Virus record (IMG/VR): IMGVR_UViG_3300045135_000695
Span: 1 to 34,742 of that record
Length of the DNA stretch: 34,742 bases
Direction: 5' to 3' (one strand)
Origin: a virus
Lineage: Duplodnaviria > Caudoviricetes
Under the pieces are notes generated by a model that was not told the DNA's origin, did not search any database, and worked only from the letters and a program-made list of their open reading frames with translations. Shown piece after piece: positions 26,631 to 34,561 of the stretch (positions are counted from its first letter, which is position 1; each line of letters starts with the position of its first letter). Position numbers and translations under genes: made by a program.

Positions 26631-27062
26631 CTAGGCGGCATCAATTATGCAAGAGAAACTAGCTTCTAGCTGGTTGCCCCATTTGCGAATATTATTGTAA
26701 AAATTAACGCACAGAGTTCCAGCAACACCAGCTTCACGCATCTTTATAATAAGCTCAGGTAGTGAGTCGGACTCCAAATGCATCAGCCAATCACTGTGGC
26801 TATATCTACGAACTACGCGGAATGCATAATGACCATCAAAAGAAGTATCATTCAAGAAGCCACCATCGTTCTCGTTGAATTGGCCGAACTTTGCATGAAT
26901 GTACTCACCATCCTTATCGAAAGCGTTATACACACGAATGTCAGCGTATTCCGCATGACCTTTGTCATTGTAATAATCCAACAAAGCGTGAATAGCATCA
27001 GCTTCAGCAGGACGCGGATAAACGCAGTCTACAGTGGCAGCAACATATTTAATATTAGTCAT
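26631..27062 (-). CDS. Hypothetical protein, first gene under its own promoter
   Basis: AGGAG RBS; promoter directly upstream. Confidence 0.75.
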   Translation of the reverse strand: MTNIKYVAATVDCVYPRPAEADAIHALLDYYNDKGHAEYADIRVYNAFDKDGEYIHAKFGQFNENDGGFLNDTSFDGHYAFRVVRRYSHSDWLMHLESDSLPELIIKMREAGVAGTLCVNFYNNIRKWGNQLEASFSCIIDAA

Positions 27063-27089
27063 ATCAATCTCCTGTTTGTTTATGTGTCC

Positions 27090-27118
27090 ATATTAACAAT
27101 ACTATTACCTAGTGTCAA
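27090..27118 (-). promoter_or_regulatory. sigma70-type promoter
   Basis: TTGACA-17-TAATAT with extended TG. Confidence 0.75.
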
Positions 27119-27130
27119 CACCTTTGTTAA

Positions 27131-27706
27131 CTATTTTATTAACTTTTTCTTAATGCGCAGTTTCCTGGTGAAGATAGACTTAATCCGCTTGTAGTATTCT
27201 ATGTCGAATCTGCGTATATCGTTATTGTTCTCAAGTGCCTCTACTTTATCTAGGCCGATACGATCTATTAGACCTTTGCGGTACTCTACGATATTGCCAG
27301 ATAGATATTGATTGCAACGCACACATTGAGCATGGCAGTTGTGAAGATGAAACGCCAAGTGTTGTGCGGCACCACGACTGCGATAATGACCAGCATCCAT
27401 AGTCCCTCCCAGCTTTCTTTCGGGGTTATTACCGCAGCTAATACAACCATAGGTAGTGTCACGAAACCTAATATAAGCATTAAAAGCTGTCTGAGCTTCT
27501 CTTTTCCATTGTGAGACATTTTTAGTCCTCTCTCTATACTCGGTTAGTTCTTTCTTATTTTGCTTGCTACGGGCTTTCTGAGCCTTCTCAAGGCCATGTG
27601 CTGTCGCATGGTCATAAGAACAGAAAAAGCCCAAAGGCACTTTCACACCTTGGGCTACTGGGAAATATTCTTTGCAATGTCTACAGCGTTTTTTGCTATT
27701 AGCCAT
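27131..27706 (-). CDS. ninG: NinG/Rap recombination endonuclease
   Basis: AQ.AFNAYIR.RD, CISCG, DAGHYRSRGA, N.HAQC..CN..LSGN..EYR..LI.RIG. Confidence 0.92.
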   Translation of the reverse strand: MANSKKRCRHCKEYFPVAQGVKVPLGFFCSYDHATAHGLEKAQKARSKQNKKELTEYRERTKNVSQWKREAQTAFNAYIRFRDTTYGCISCGNNPERKLGGTMDAGHYRSRGAAQHLAFHLHNCHAQCVRCNQYLSGNIVEYRKGLIDRIGLDKVEALENNNDIRRFDIEYYKRIKSIFTRKLRIKKKLIK

Positions 27707-27707
27707 A

Positions 27708-28181
27708 TTACATCCTGCTTAGTTCCTCGTAATGGCGCATAGCTGGGCCACCAAATTTAACATTCCTTTCAGCACCATAAGCAAACAGCCATTCTATGAA
27801 CTGCCCACCTTCGTCAACAGTAAACTTGCTGGTGCTTGGTGGTACCGGCATGAAGCCGCCCTCAGTCTTACGGCTAGGTATATACTCGATGCCCTGTGCT
27901 AATGGTGTCTGCATTTGCTCCATATCAAAAGCAAACCTCAGCACCAGATAGTGTTTAGCACCTTGATCGTTTAACTCAGCACTGCCAAACTTGGTTTGTT
28001 TAGCTATATCGCTAATCTGGGCATGCCAGCAGGCGTTTTGAGCAATACTGCGTGTTAGGCGTGTTAGACTAATGTCTACACCGTTATACTTCTCTACACC
28101 CTTCTTGATAAACTCTGTAACTACCTCGGTTACATGGTCTACGTTTTCAGGACGTGCTGTAATACTATAGCCAGCCATCAT
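27708..28181 (-). CDS. ninB: NinB/Orf-like recombination protein
   Basis: RS.AQNA..HA...DIAKQ; STSKF......FIEWL.A.GAE..V.F. Confidence 0.8.
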   Translation of the reverse strand: MMAGYSITARPENVDHVTEVVTEFIKKGVEKYNGVDISLTRLTRSIAQNACWHAQISDIAKQTKFGSAELNDQGAKHYLVLRFAFDMEQMQTPLAQGIEYIPSRKTEGGFMPVPPSTSKFTVDEGGQFIEWLFAYGAERNVKFGGPAMRHYEELSRM

Positions 28182-28257
28182 TTAAACTCCACATAATCAG
28201 AAAGAACAACGCAGCACTAACCCACCACGCTATAATTTCTTCATCACTGTCAAACAT
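28165..28257 (-). CDS. 30-aa single-pass membrane peptide
   Basis: MFDSDEEIIAWWVSAALFFLIMWSLNDGWL; overlaps both neighbours. Confidence 0.55.
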   Translation of the reverse strand: MFDSDEEIIAWWVSAALFFLIMWSLNDGWL

Positions 28258-28507
28258 ATTCATCTTCCTCTGGCTTTTCAGGCAGAGGCATCCAGTGAGT
28301 AGGTGTACAACAATGATCGAAACCATACGAGTCCACTTCCTCATCACAGCCGCAATCGTGCATCTTATACCACGTTGGGTGAATTAGCTGCTCATCTTTT
28401 ATTAAAATCCATGTGCTAACAGGCTCAATTGTGCATCTAGTAGCAGCAATAATAAGCGTATTTAGTGGAGGCATACGCTCATCAACCTTAGACCACCAAC
28501 TCATCAT
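28250..28507 (-). CDS. DUF551 family protein
   Basis: W..V.ERMP...THWMPLPE.P. Confidence 0.8.
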   Translation of the reverse strand: MMSWWSKVDERMPPLNTLIIAATRCTIEPVSTWILIKDEQLIHPTWYKMHDCGCDEEVDSYGFDHCCTPTHWMPLPEKPEEDEYV

Positions 28508-28707
28508 TCTTCTCCAAAAGCCATAAACTCAGATGGTGAATAGCCTAGAATCCTAGCAAACTTTACCACTGATTCCGTACTCATATGCTCACTAGCTCGA
28601 ATGTGCGAGATGCGAGTCTTGCTCAAGCCAGCAATTTCAGCTAGCTCAATATTGCTCATATCACGATTAAGCATTGCCTTTTTTAGTGCCTTTCCAGCGT
28701 TAAACAT
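28504..28707 (-). CDS. Cro/XRE-family HTH regulator (no peptidase domain)
   Basis: GKALK......MS..ELA...G.S...IS..R.......A..LG..PSEF; 67 aa. Confidence 0.85.
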   Translation of the reverse strand: MFNAGKALKKAMLNRDMSNIELAEIAGLSKTRISHIRASEHMSTESVVKFARILGYSPSEFMAFGEE

Positions 28708-28765
28708 TTCTAGTCTCTCCTGTTTGTGTTAACATTGGCATATTCATATCCTCCTTAGGACTTTC

Positions 28766-28794
28766 GGCCCACCCCTTCAGTGGGCCTTTTTTTT
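28766..28794 (+). terminator. Intrinsic terminator oriented antisense to surrounding genes
   Basis: GGCCCAC-cccttca-GTGGGCC followed by T8. Confidence 0.8.
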
Positions 28795-28799
28795 GCCTA

Positions 28800-29228
28800 T
28801 CAGAAAGGATTCAATCCCTCACCATTACTTTTATGCCATTGAACATGATGTGCTTGGCACATCCATCTGACATTAAGGGGCTTGCTGTAATCATCATGGT
28901 GGGCGACGATGTTTGTTTCACAACCGCACACTTCGCATGGCTCCCTAAATAACTTGCCCGATCTAATAGCTCTGCCGACAATGCCATGAGCCTTGTATTT
29001 ATTCGGGTATCTTTCTCGGTACTTTCTACAGTAATCGCTACCTTGGCGACTCCCTCTAGCTCGATCATATGCTCTGTAATATTCGACATTACTAGACCTA
29101 TTTTCCCTGACATCTCTTTTATTGCATTCTTTGCATTTATTAAGATGCCCATCCTTCATTTTCTTATGCTTGTAAAATTCGGAGAGGGGTTTAACCTCTC
29201 CGCACTTGAAACATGGCTTAGTATCCAT
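28800..29228 (-). CDS. Zn-finger/HNH-like endonuclease
   Basis: CFKC..K.LSEFY....CK.C; PCEVCG...AHHDDYSKPL.VRW.C..HH..WH. Likely start ATG 29228 (alternative 29237). Confidence 0.85.
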   Translation of the reverse strand: MDTKPCFKCGEVKPLSEFYKHKKMKDGHLNKCKECNKRDVRENRSSNVEYYRAYDRARGSRQGSDYCRKYRERYPNKYKAHGIVGRAIRSGKLFREPCEVCGCETNIVAHHDDYSKPLNVRWMCQAHHVQWHKSNGEGLNPF

Positions 29229-29259
29229 ATTCCCCATCCTATATGTTGATTAAAACTTA

Positions 29260-29288
29260 ATCTTACACACTAACTAGAATGGGGTCAA
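29260..29288 (-). promoter_or_regulatory. Promoter for the HNH gene, embedded in an RBS-sequestering hairpin
   Basis: TTGACC-17-TAAGAT; hairpin arms 29232-29241 and 29275-29284. Confidence 0.6.
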
Positions 29289-29611
29289 TTAAAAGGGATA
29301 TCTTCGTCTAGGTCATCATCGGACAAACCGCCTTGAGGTGTACTAGGTACACTTTGTGCAGCCGCAGCACCACCACATAAAGCCTGTAGTACATGGGCAG
29401 GAATCTTGGAAATCTCAATATCAACAGAGATAGACTGATAGCGTGTACCTTTTGAGCTAGTCTTTGTCCAAGCCGCCATACCGATACCAGCATCTTTATC
29501 CCAAGATTTAGCATTAGGATGATTGTCATTTGCTCGTTCTGCGTTAGCGAACAATGCCCCACTAATATTTAGTTTGCCATCTTTGACGGTGATCTTGTCA
29601 TAGTTACTCAT
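29285..29611 (-). CDS. Single-stranded DNA-binding protein-like
   Basis: G.LF.N...NHP, AAW.K...G..Y.S.S, acidic DEDIPF tail; follows ERF. Confidence 0.75.
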   Translation of the reverse strand: MSNYDKITVKDGKLNISGALFANAERANDNHPNAKSWDKDAGIGMAAWTKTSSKGTRYQSISVDIEISKIPAHVLQALCGGAAAAQSVPSTPQGGLSDDDLDEDIPFN

Positions 29612-29613
29612 AA

Positions 29614-30237
29614 TTACATTCCTTTCAATTCACGGATAAATGTTTTCTGTGCGGTTGTTAGTTGGCCCCACACGGCCTCTTTTTCATGGCTTTCCAGCTC
29701 ACCTAATGCTTCCATTAGCTCACTAGTCTCACCCGATGCCTCAGCAGCTACCACAGTGGCTACCACGCCCTGAACCAGCTTCTTGCTAACACGCTTCTTT
29801 GGTTGCTCATTAGGCACCCCATCTGGGAGCGTAGGCTCAGTTCGTAGCATAGCAGCCTCAGCATCATCATCTACAGCAGGAATACCAGCCATAGCCTGTA
29901 ACGCATAACGCCGAGCATAAGTCACACAACTACCAGCACCCTGAGCGTCTATCTTACTCATAGGTAGATAGAACTCACTCTCTAGCCATTCGCCAGACTT
30001 GTGCATTAATTTGGTTGATACACCCATGCCTTTGCCGCCATCAGATATGATAGGAAATTGCACATAGGATAAACCATGATTAGCAAACGGTTCTTTCAGT
30101 ACCTTAATGATACTGGTTAGATCAGCATAGCTAGACTTGAAGAAAGGGTTAGCACTATCTTTAACAGCGCCACCCATCTCAGCTTGAGCAGCCGCTAATG
30201 CGGTAGCCAGCTCTTGTATTGATTCACTTTGTTTCAT
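29614..30237 (-). CDS. erf: ERF family single-strand annealing recombinase
   Basis: K...NPFFKS.YADL, H.SGEW, Q..GS..TYARRYAL....GI...DDDA. Confidence 0.93.
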   Translation of the reverse strand: MKQSESIQELATALAAAQAEMGGAVKDSANPFFKSSYADLTSIIKVLKEPFANHGLSYVQFPIISDGGKGMGVSTKLMHKSGEWLESEFYLPMSKIDAQGAGSCVTYARRYALQAMAGIPAVDDDAEAAMLRTEPTLPDGVPNEQPKKRVSKKLVQGVVATVVAAEASGETSELMEALGELESHEKEAVWGQLTTAQKTFIRELKGM

Positions 30238-30263
30238 ATGACCTCCTTATAGTTGGTTTGTGT

Positions 30264-30333
30264 AGTGTAATGGAACCATTAACTAAAAGCAAGCTAAAAA
30301 AACACTTGCACAATAAAAATATTAATGTATTAT
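30264..30333. promoter_or_regulatory. Divergent early promoters
   Basis: Minus: TTGCTT-17-TACACT (30292-30264). Plus: TTGCAC-16-TATTAT (30306-30333). AT-rich point where gene direction switches. Confidence 0.6.
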
Positions 30334-30358
30334 AGAGGACATAATTAACCAAAAGGAT

Positions 30359-30787
30359 ATGAATATGGGACTTTACGACACACCTTGCCAAGTAAGCATT
30401 GATACAGCCAGTCACTATAACCGCATGGCTAAGGCAGATGATCTAGAAACTGCTGTGCATGGCTACATTGATGATGCTATTGATGAGATGACAATGTACG
30501 GGCATTACACTTCACCACGCGAATACCGCTACGATCTGCTAGGCAAGGGTAAGTGGGTTGCTAATAAAGTATTTCTTGAGGAAGCTTTAGATCACTATAT
30601 GTCAGATAAAGACAAGCATGGGGACTTCCAGATGCTTGCTCTAGCTACTACCTTTGCAGAAGATAAGGATGAGGCACAAATGAACTTTGAGGAATTTATC
30701 AAGGATGCTTGTGAATACTACTTCACTGAAATTGCATACGAGAAAATGGAAGCTGATTATATTAAATCTACAGAGGATGACTATTAA
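30359..30787 (+). CDS. Acidic hypothetical protein
   Basis: AAGGA RBS; first gene of the rightward unit; D/E-rich. Confidence 0.75.
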   Translation: MNMGLYDTPCQVSIDTASHYNRMAKADDLETAVHGYIDDAIDEMTMYGHYTSPREYRYDLLGKGKWVANKVFLEEALDHYMSDKDKHGDFQMLALATTFAEDKDEAQMNFEEFIKDACEYYFTEIAYEKMEADYIKSTEDDY

Positions 30788-31020
30788 TGACTAAACGATA
30801 TGAAAGTGAAATCGGCAAGGTTGTACTATACAAGTATAAAGACCAGTGGCAAGTGTACGGCAATTCTAATCAGCTAGAATTTAGCGTTAAAGTTAGTTGC
30901 CCTATTGAGGCGGAGCACATCTTCAACTACTGGCGTGAGCGTATCTATACAATCACACCCATAGTGAAAGATCGTGTTAAGTTAGGTATGAGTCCTAGCG
31001 CAATGGTCAGCGAGCTATGA
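30787..31020 (+). CDS. Hypothetical protein
   Basis: TAATG-coupled ORF. Confidence 0.65.
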   Translation: MTKRYESEIGKVVLYKYKDQWQVYGNSNQLEFSVKVSCPIEAEHIFNYWRERIYTITPIVKDRVKLGMSPSAMVSEL

Positions 31021-31214
31021 CGTACACAGCAGAGCAGGTCAAGGCTATATGCTTGGCCTTTTATGAATACCTACCTAAGAACCCAGCGCATCATAATGAA
31101 TCTATATTTAATGCTTGGTTCGAGGTCTATGGAGATAAGATAGCAAGGAGAACATATGAATCTAGCTTGGAAGCCAACGATACCATCACACCTGTCAGTC
31201 AAGGTAAAACCTAG
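31017..31214 (+). CDS. Hypothetical protein
   Basis: ATGA-coupled ORF. Confidence 0.55.
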   Translation: MTYTAEQVKAICLAFYEYLPKNPAHHNESIFNAWFEVYGDKIARRTYESSLEANDTITPVSQGKT

Positions 31215-31641
31215 AAAGCCAAAGCATGAATTGGCTATGCGATCAGATGGCAGGGTTGATTGGAGCAATAAGAAGAATGTCAGTTACTTAGCTGATGCTA
31301 TTCGTGACGGACTAACCCATGAGCAGATAGCAAAGAAGCTAGGCTGTACAACCTATCAGGTTACATGGGGATGTAAGAGAAATAATATAACAGCCAATAA
31401 GGGACGCAGACCCAACAAAGTATTCACTAGAAAGCAGTGGGACTTGATTGTGAATCTACGTGCTGCTGGTGTGTCTTATGTTGAGATAGCAAAGTATGTT
31501 AAGACAACTAAAGCAGTATTGGCTAATCAGATACATAACAATGAATCTGTACAAAAAATAATAGAACAAAAACGTAAAGACTTTATTGATGAAGTTATTA
31601 CGCAGCACTCAAGGAAGTATCAAGATGAACCTAGCATTTAA
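31156..31641 (+). CDS. Double-HTH DNA-binding protein
   Basis: GLTHEQIAKKLGCT and GVSYVEIAKYV; AAGGAG RBS. Confidence 0.75.
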   Translation: MNLAWKPTIPSHLSVKVKPRKPKHELAMRSDGRVDWSNKKNVSYLADAIRDGLTHEQIAKKLGCTTYQVTWGCKRNNITANKGRRPNKVFTRKQWDLIVNLRAAGVSYVEIAKYVKTTKAVLANQIHNNESVQKIIEQKRKDFIDEVITQHSRKYQDEPSI

Positions 31642-31939
31642 GCCAGACACAAAGAAGCTGAAAGAACTCCAAGATAGTCGCCCACCTGTAATGGTTGAGG
31701 TTGATGGTGATCCTAATAGTAATCGTAAAGGTAAATACAAACGATGGTCTAACAAGGAACTGGAAGTAATAGAGGAACTACTTGTATTAGGCGTATCACA
31801 TAGTACACTAGCACGAATGCTTAACTCTGGCGTAGTCGCATTACAGCGAGCAATTCATAACAGAGGTATGAACAGACACGCTAAGAAGAAACGTAAAGCA
31901 CTAATTCAACAAGCTATGGATAAATTAAACGATGAATAA
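31625..31939 (+). CDS. HTH protein, paralogue of the upstream gene
   Basis: MNLAFKP start; WS..E.....L..GVS...LA..L. Confidence 0.7.
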   Translation: MNLAFKPDTKKLKELQDSRPPVMVEVDGDPNSNRKGKYKRWSNKELEVIEELLVLGVSHSTLARMLNSGVVALQRAIHNRGMNRHAKKKRKALIQQAMDKLNDE

Positions 31940-32354
31940 ACTGGAAGAAATGCTAATCAGGCATGAGGCCAAAAGACGGTTCGCTTACAAATGCACCAGC
32001 AATGCTATTACTATCGGTGTAGGGCGCAATATAGACCCTAATAAGGGCGGTATAGGGCTTTCCGATGATGAGGTGATGTATCTGCTACGTAACGACATAA
32101 AGCGCGTATACGAGGAATTAGACAGCAATCTGCCATGGTTCTCTGAGCTGGATGACGTACGCCAAGATATACTGCAAGATATGTGCTTCAACATGGGTAT
32201 TACTCGGTTTATGAAGTTCCGTAAGATGCTAGCAGCAGTAGAACTAGGTGACTATGACCGTGCTGCTGACGAGATGATGGATAGTCGATGGGCAGAGCAG
32301 GTTAAAGGCCGTGCTGTTCGTCTGGCTGATATGATGAGAAAAGGGGAATACTAA
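31932..32354 (+). CDS. Endolysin, T4-lysozyme-like (GH24)
   Basis: HE....AY.C.....TIGVGRN, M.FNMG, F.KML.A, AA.EM.DSRWA.QV..RA.RL. Confidence 0.92.
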   Translation: MNKLEEMLIRHEAKRRFAYKCTSNAITIGVGRNIDPNKGGIGLSDDEVMYLLRNDIKRVYEELDSNLPWFSELDDVRQDILQDMCFNMGITRFMKFRKMLAAVELGDYDRAADEMMDSRWAEQVKGRAVRLADMMRKGEY

Positions 32355-32770
32355 TGTTCAGTTTGCTTGGCAAGATGTTTGGGTCTGAGAAGGCTCTAAC
32401 TGGGATTGTTGATGGTGCTGTAGGCGCTATTGATGCGCTACATTACAGCGAGGAAGAAAAAGCCGCTAATAAGGCTAAGGTGTTTGACCAAGTAATTCAG
32501 TGGCAACAGGCTACACAGGGCCAGAATTTAGCTAGGCGTGTAATTGCTTTGTCTTGCGTATTTGTATGGCTGCTTAGTTATATTGCTGCGCTCGCACTAA
32601 ATGTAGTCGCTGTGTGGGTTGAAGAAGGAAGATTAACGCAATCGGCTGAATTATTGCAAGCGTCTGCTAGTGACATGGATGGCGTTATTATGCTAATCAT
32701 GGCATTTTACTTCTCTGCTAGAAACATTGATAAGATTGCAGATGTTGCATTAAGTCGATTTAAAAAGTAA
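32354..32770 (+). CDS. Holin-like membrane protein
   Basis: S.EEKA, Q..ARR.IA, two hydrophobic helices, FYF; coupled to the endolysin. Confidence 0.7.
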   Translation: MFSLLGKMFGSEKALTGIVDGAVGAIDALHYSEEEKAANKAKVFDQVIQWQQATQGQNLARRVIALSCVFVWLLSYIAALALNVVAVWVEEGRLTQSAELLQASASDMDGVIMLIMAFYFSARNIDKIADVALSRFKK

Positions 32771-32779
32771 TATACTTTC

Positions 32780-32841
32780 GCGGCTAGGTTAGCTCCCGAA
32801 AACAGGACTCATTCCCCTGCTGCCGCTACTTCTAGGAATGA
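32780..32841 (+). ncRNA. c4/c4-2-like three-way-junction RNA, copy 1, with downstream complementary box
   Basis: GCGGC/GCCGC closing stem; core TAGGTTAGCTCCCGAA; CAGG/CCTG stem; loop TCATTCC complementary to GGAATGA (32835-32841). Confidence 0.65.
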
Positions 32842-32864
32842 TAACCAATGAATGTGAGGTTGCT

Positions 32865-33314
32865 ATGCCAAAAACACACGGCATGAAAGGTACTCCAGAG
32901 TACACAGCATGGAAAAATATTAAGACTCGCTGCTACAATCCAAACTTTAATAGATTTGAGTATTATGGCGGCAAGGGTATTCGCGTATGCGATAAATGGC
33001 TAAATGATTTTGAAGCCTTTTATAGTGATATGGGCGCAAGACCAACAGAAAAACACACGATAGACAGAATTAATCCTAATGGCGACTATTCGCCAGATAA
33101 TTGTCGCTGGGCTACATATATAGAGCAAGCTCATAATCGCAAGATTAGAAAGACCAATACTGTAGGTGTATCTGGAGTTTGTTTCAACAAAGGTAAAGGC
33201 AAATGGGAAGCCAGCGTGTGCTACGATAGCAAGAGAACGCATCTGGGTTCATTCTTAGATAAATTTGAGGCAATATGCGCCAGAAAATCAGCAGAGAATA
33301 GGTGTTTAGTATGA
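32865..33314 (+). CDS. HNH endonuclease with AP2-like domain
   Basis: THG..GTPEY.AW..IK.RC.NP..YGG.GI.VC..W; TIDRINPNGDYSPDNCRWA; GAGG RBS before ATG 32865. Confidence 0.92.
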   Translation: MPKTHGMKGTPEYTAWKNIKTRCYNPNFNRFEYYGGKGIRVCDKWLNDFEAFYSDMGARPTEKHTIDRINPNGDYSPDNCRWATYIEQAHNRKIRKTNTVGVSGVCFNKGKGKWEASVCYDSKRTHLGSFLDKFEAICARKSAENRCLV

Positions 33315-33616
33315 TCGACTTAAATAAACTGACAGGCCAGATAGAGATTTGGGGATATGATAAAGGCATCCTTCCTGACTCCCCACCAGAGAAACAGCTA
33401 GAAAAGACTATCGAAGAAGTGCAAGAGCTAGCCGATGCTATAGCTGCCAATGATATAGTCGAAATGGCAGACGCTTACGGTGATATATTTGTAACTATCG
33501 TTATGGGTGCTACCTGTGCAGGGTTAGATATTCGTGATTGTATAGAGGGTGCTTACAATGTGATTAGTAAGCGTACTGGTAAAATGGTCAACGGGATTTT
33601 TGTAAAGGATGAGTGA
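33311..33616 (+). CDS. MazG-like nucleotide pyrophosphohydrolase
   Basis: Q..K..EE..EL..A.......D..GD..VT; AY..I..R.GKMVNG.FVK. Confidence 0.88.
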   Translation: MIDLNKLTGQIEIWGYDKGILPDSPPEKQLEKTIEEVQELADAIAANDIVEMADAYGDIFVTIVMGATCAGLDIRDCIEGAYNVISKRTGKMVNGIFVKDE

Positions 33617-33863
33617 AGTAGTATTAGTAACAGGACGCAACTGTAGTAATTGTTTGATGCTTAAGAAGATGCTTAAGCTAATGCGATTAGAATATGATCG
33701 CACTGTGGACTCCAGTGAGGATGAAGCCGCTAAGATTATCGAGTTTACCAAGGCTCGATCTATTCCAGTGCTTGCGCGTGTGAGTAATACAGGTAAGGTG
33801 AAAGACTTTGTTATTGGGTTAAACCATACTGATAAGAGATTTAGTGAGGTGTGTAATGGGTGA
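33609..33863 (+). CDS. Glutaredoxin/thioredoxin-like protein
   Basis: CSNC (CxxC) near the N-terminus; RSIP cis-Pro-like motif. Confidence 0.7.
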   Translation: MSEVVLVTGRNCSNCLMLKKMLKLMRLEYDRTVDSSEDEAAKIIEFTKARSIPVLARVSNTGKVKDFVIGLNHTDKRFSEVCNG

Positions 33864-34152
33864 ATGTACTTGTGATGCTTATAATAAAATAGGTGGGACA
33901 CACTCTTTTGATTGTGCTATATCCCAAGAGTATATGGCAAAAGATAAAGACTCAATAAACCCAAGTCATTATAAAAGCCATCCCTCCGGTATCGAGTGTA
34001 TCCAGATAACAGAGCATATGGGGTTTAACTTGGGCAATTGTATTAAGTACGTTTGGCGAGCAGATTTGAAACATGATGATGGTGGGGTTGAAGATATTTC
34101 CAAAGCCCTATGGTATCTTAACCGCGAGCTAGATAAACGACAAAACCAATAA
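33856..34152 (+). CDS. DUF3310 protein (T7 gp1.7-related nucleotide kinase-like)
   Basis: NPSHY, IECI, F.LGN.IKY.WRA..K, ED..KA.WYL. Confidence 0.88.
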   Translation: MGECTCDAYNKIGGTHSFDCAISQEYMAKDKDSINPSHYKSHPSGIECIQITEHMGFNLGNCIKYVWRADLKHDDGGVEDISKALWYLNRELDKRQNQ

Positions 34153-34411
34153 GAGCACCCAATACTGCTCTCATAAACCACTCTGACCAGTTGATATTAC
34201 TAGAGTTAACAGCAACAGCTTTATTCAGTGAGTCAATCTCGTTGGAGTGCTTATTTAGTCGATTGTCGTGGTGGTCTAGTCTTTGGGCTACCGCGACATG
34301 CTTTTCCTCAATACGTGCTAATGCCGTTACAACTTCTGCCATATCGTCCACTTTGCCAACCAAGCGGTCAATATTCTTCTCTATTCGATCTAGTCGTTGC
34401 TCTGACATTTG
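34118..34411 (-). CDS. Coiled-coil protein with C-terminal transmembrane helix
   Basis: RLDRIE..ID.L....LARIEEK; hydrophobic C-terminus. Start is uncertain (34417/34411). Confidence 0.7.
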   Translation of the reverse strand, partial: QMSEQRLDRIEKNIDRLVGKVDDMAEVVTALARIEEKHVAVAQRLDHHDNRLNKHSNEIDSLNKAVAVNSSNINWSEWFMRAVLGALIGFVVYLARG

Positions 34412-34464
34412 CATATTCCATACCAAGGGTGATAGTCCTAGCTGTATTTTATCAAAAACTACAG

Positions 34465-34492
34465 TTGATTGATACTTGTCAGGTGCTATAAT
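34465..34492 (+). promoter_or_regulatory. sigma70-type promoter for RNA leader and HNH gene
   Basis: TTGATT-16-TATAAT with extended TG; predicted start coincides with the RNA motif 5' end. Confidence 0.7.
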
Positions 34493-34498
34493 GATAAA

Positions 34499-34561
34499 GC
34501 GGCTAGGTTAGCTCCCGAATCCCAGTGTCGTGACTGGTTGCCGCAATACACTTCTCACGAC
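34499..34561 (+). ncRNA. c4/c4-2-like three-way-junction RNA, copy 2, with downstream complementary box
   Basis: Same 21-nt GCGGCTAGGTTAGCTCCCGAA; CCAGT/ACTGG stem; GTCGTGA complementary to TCACGAC (34555-34561). Confidence 0.65.
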
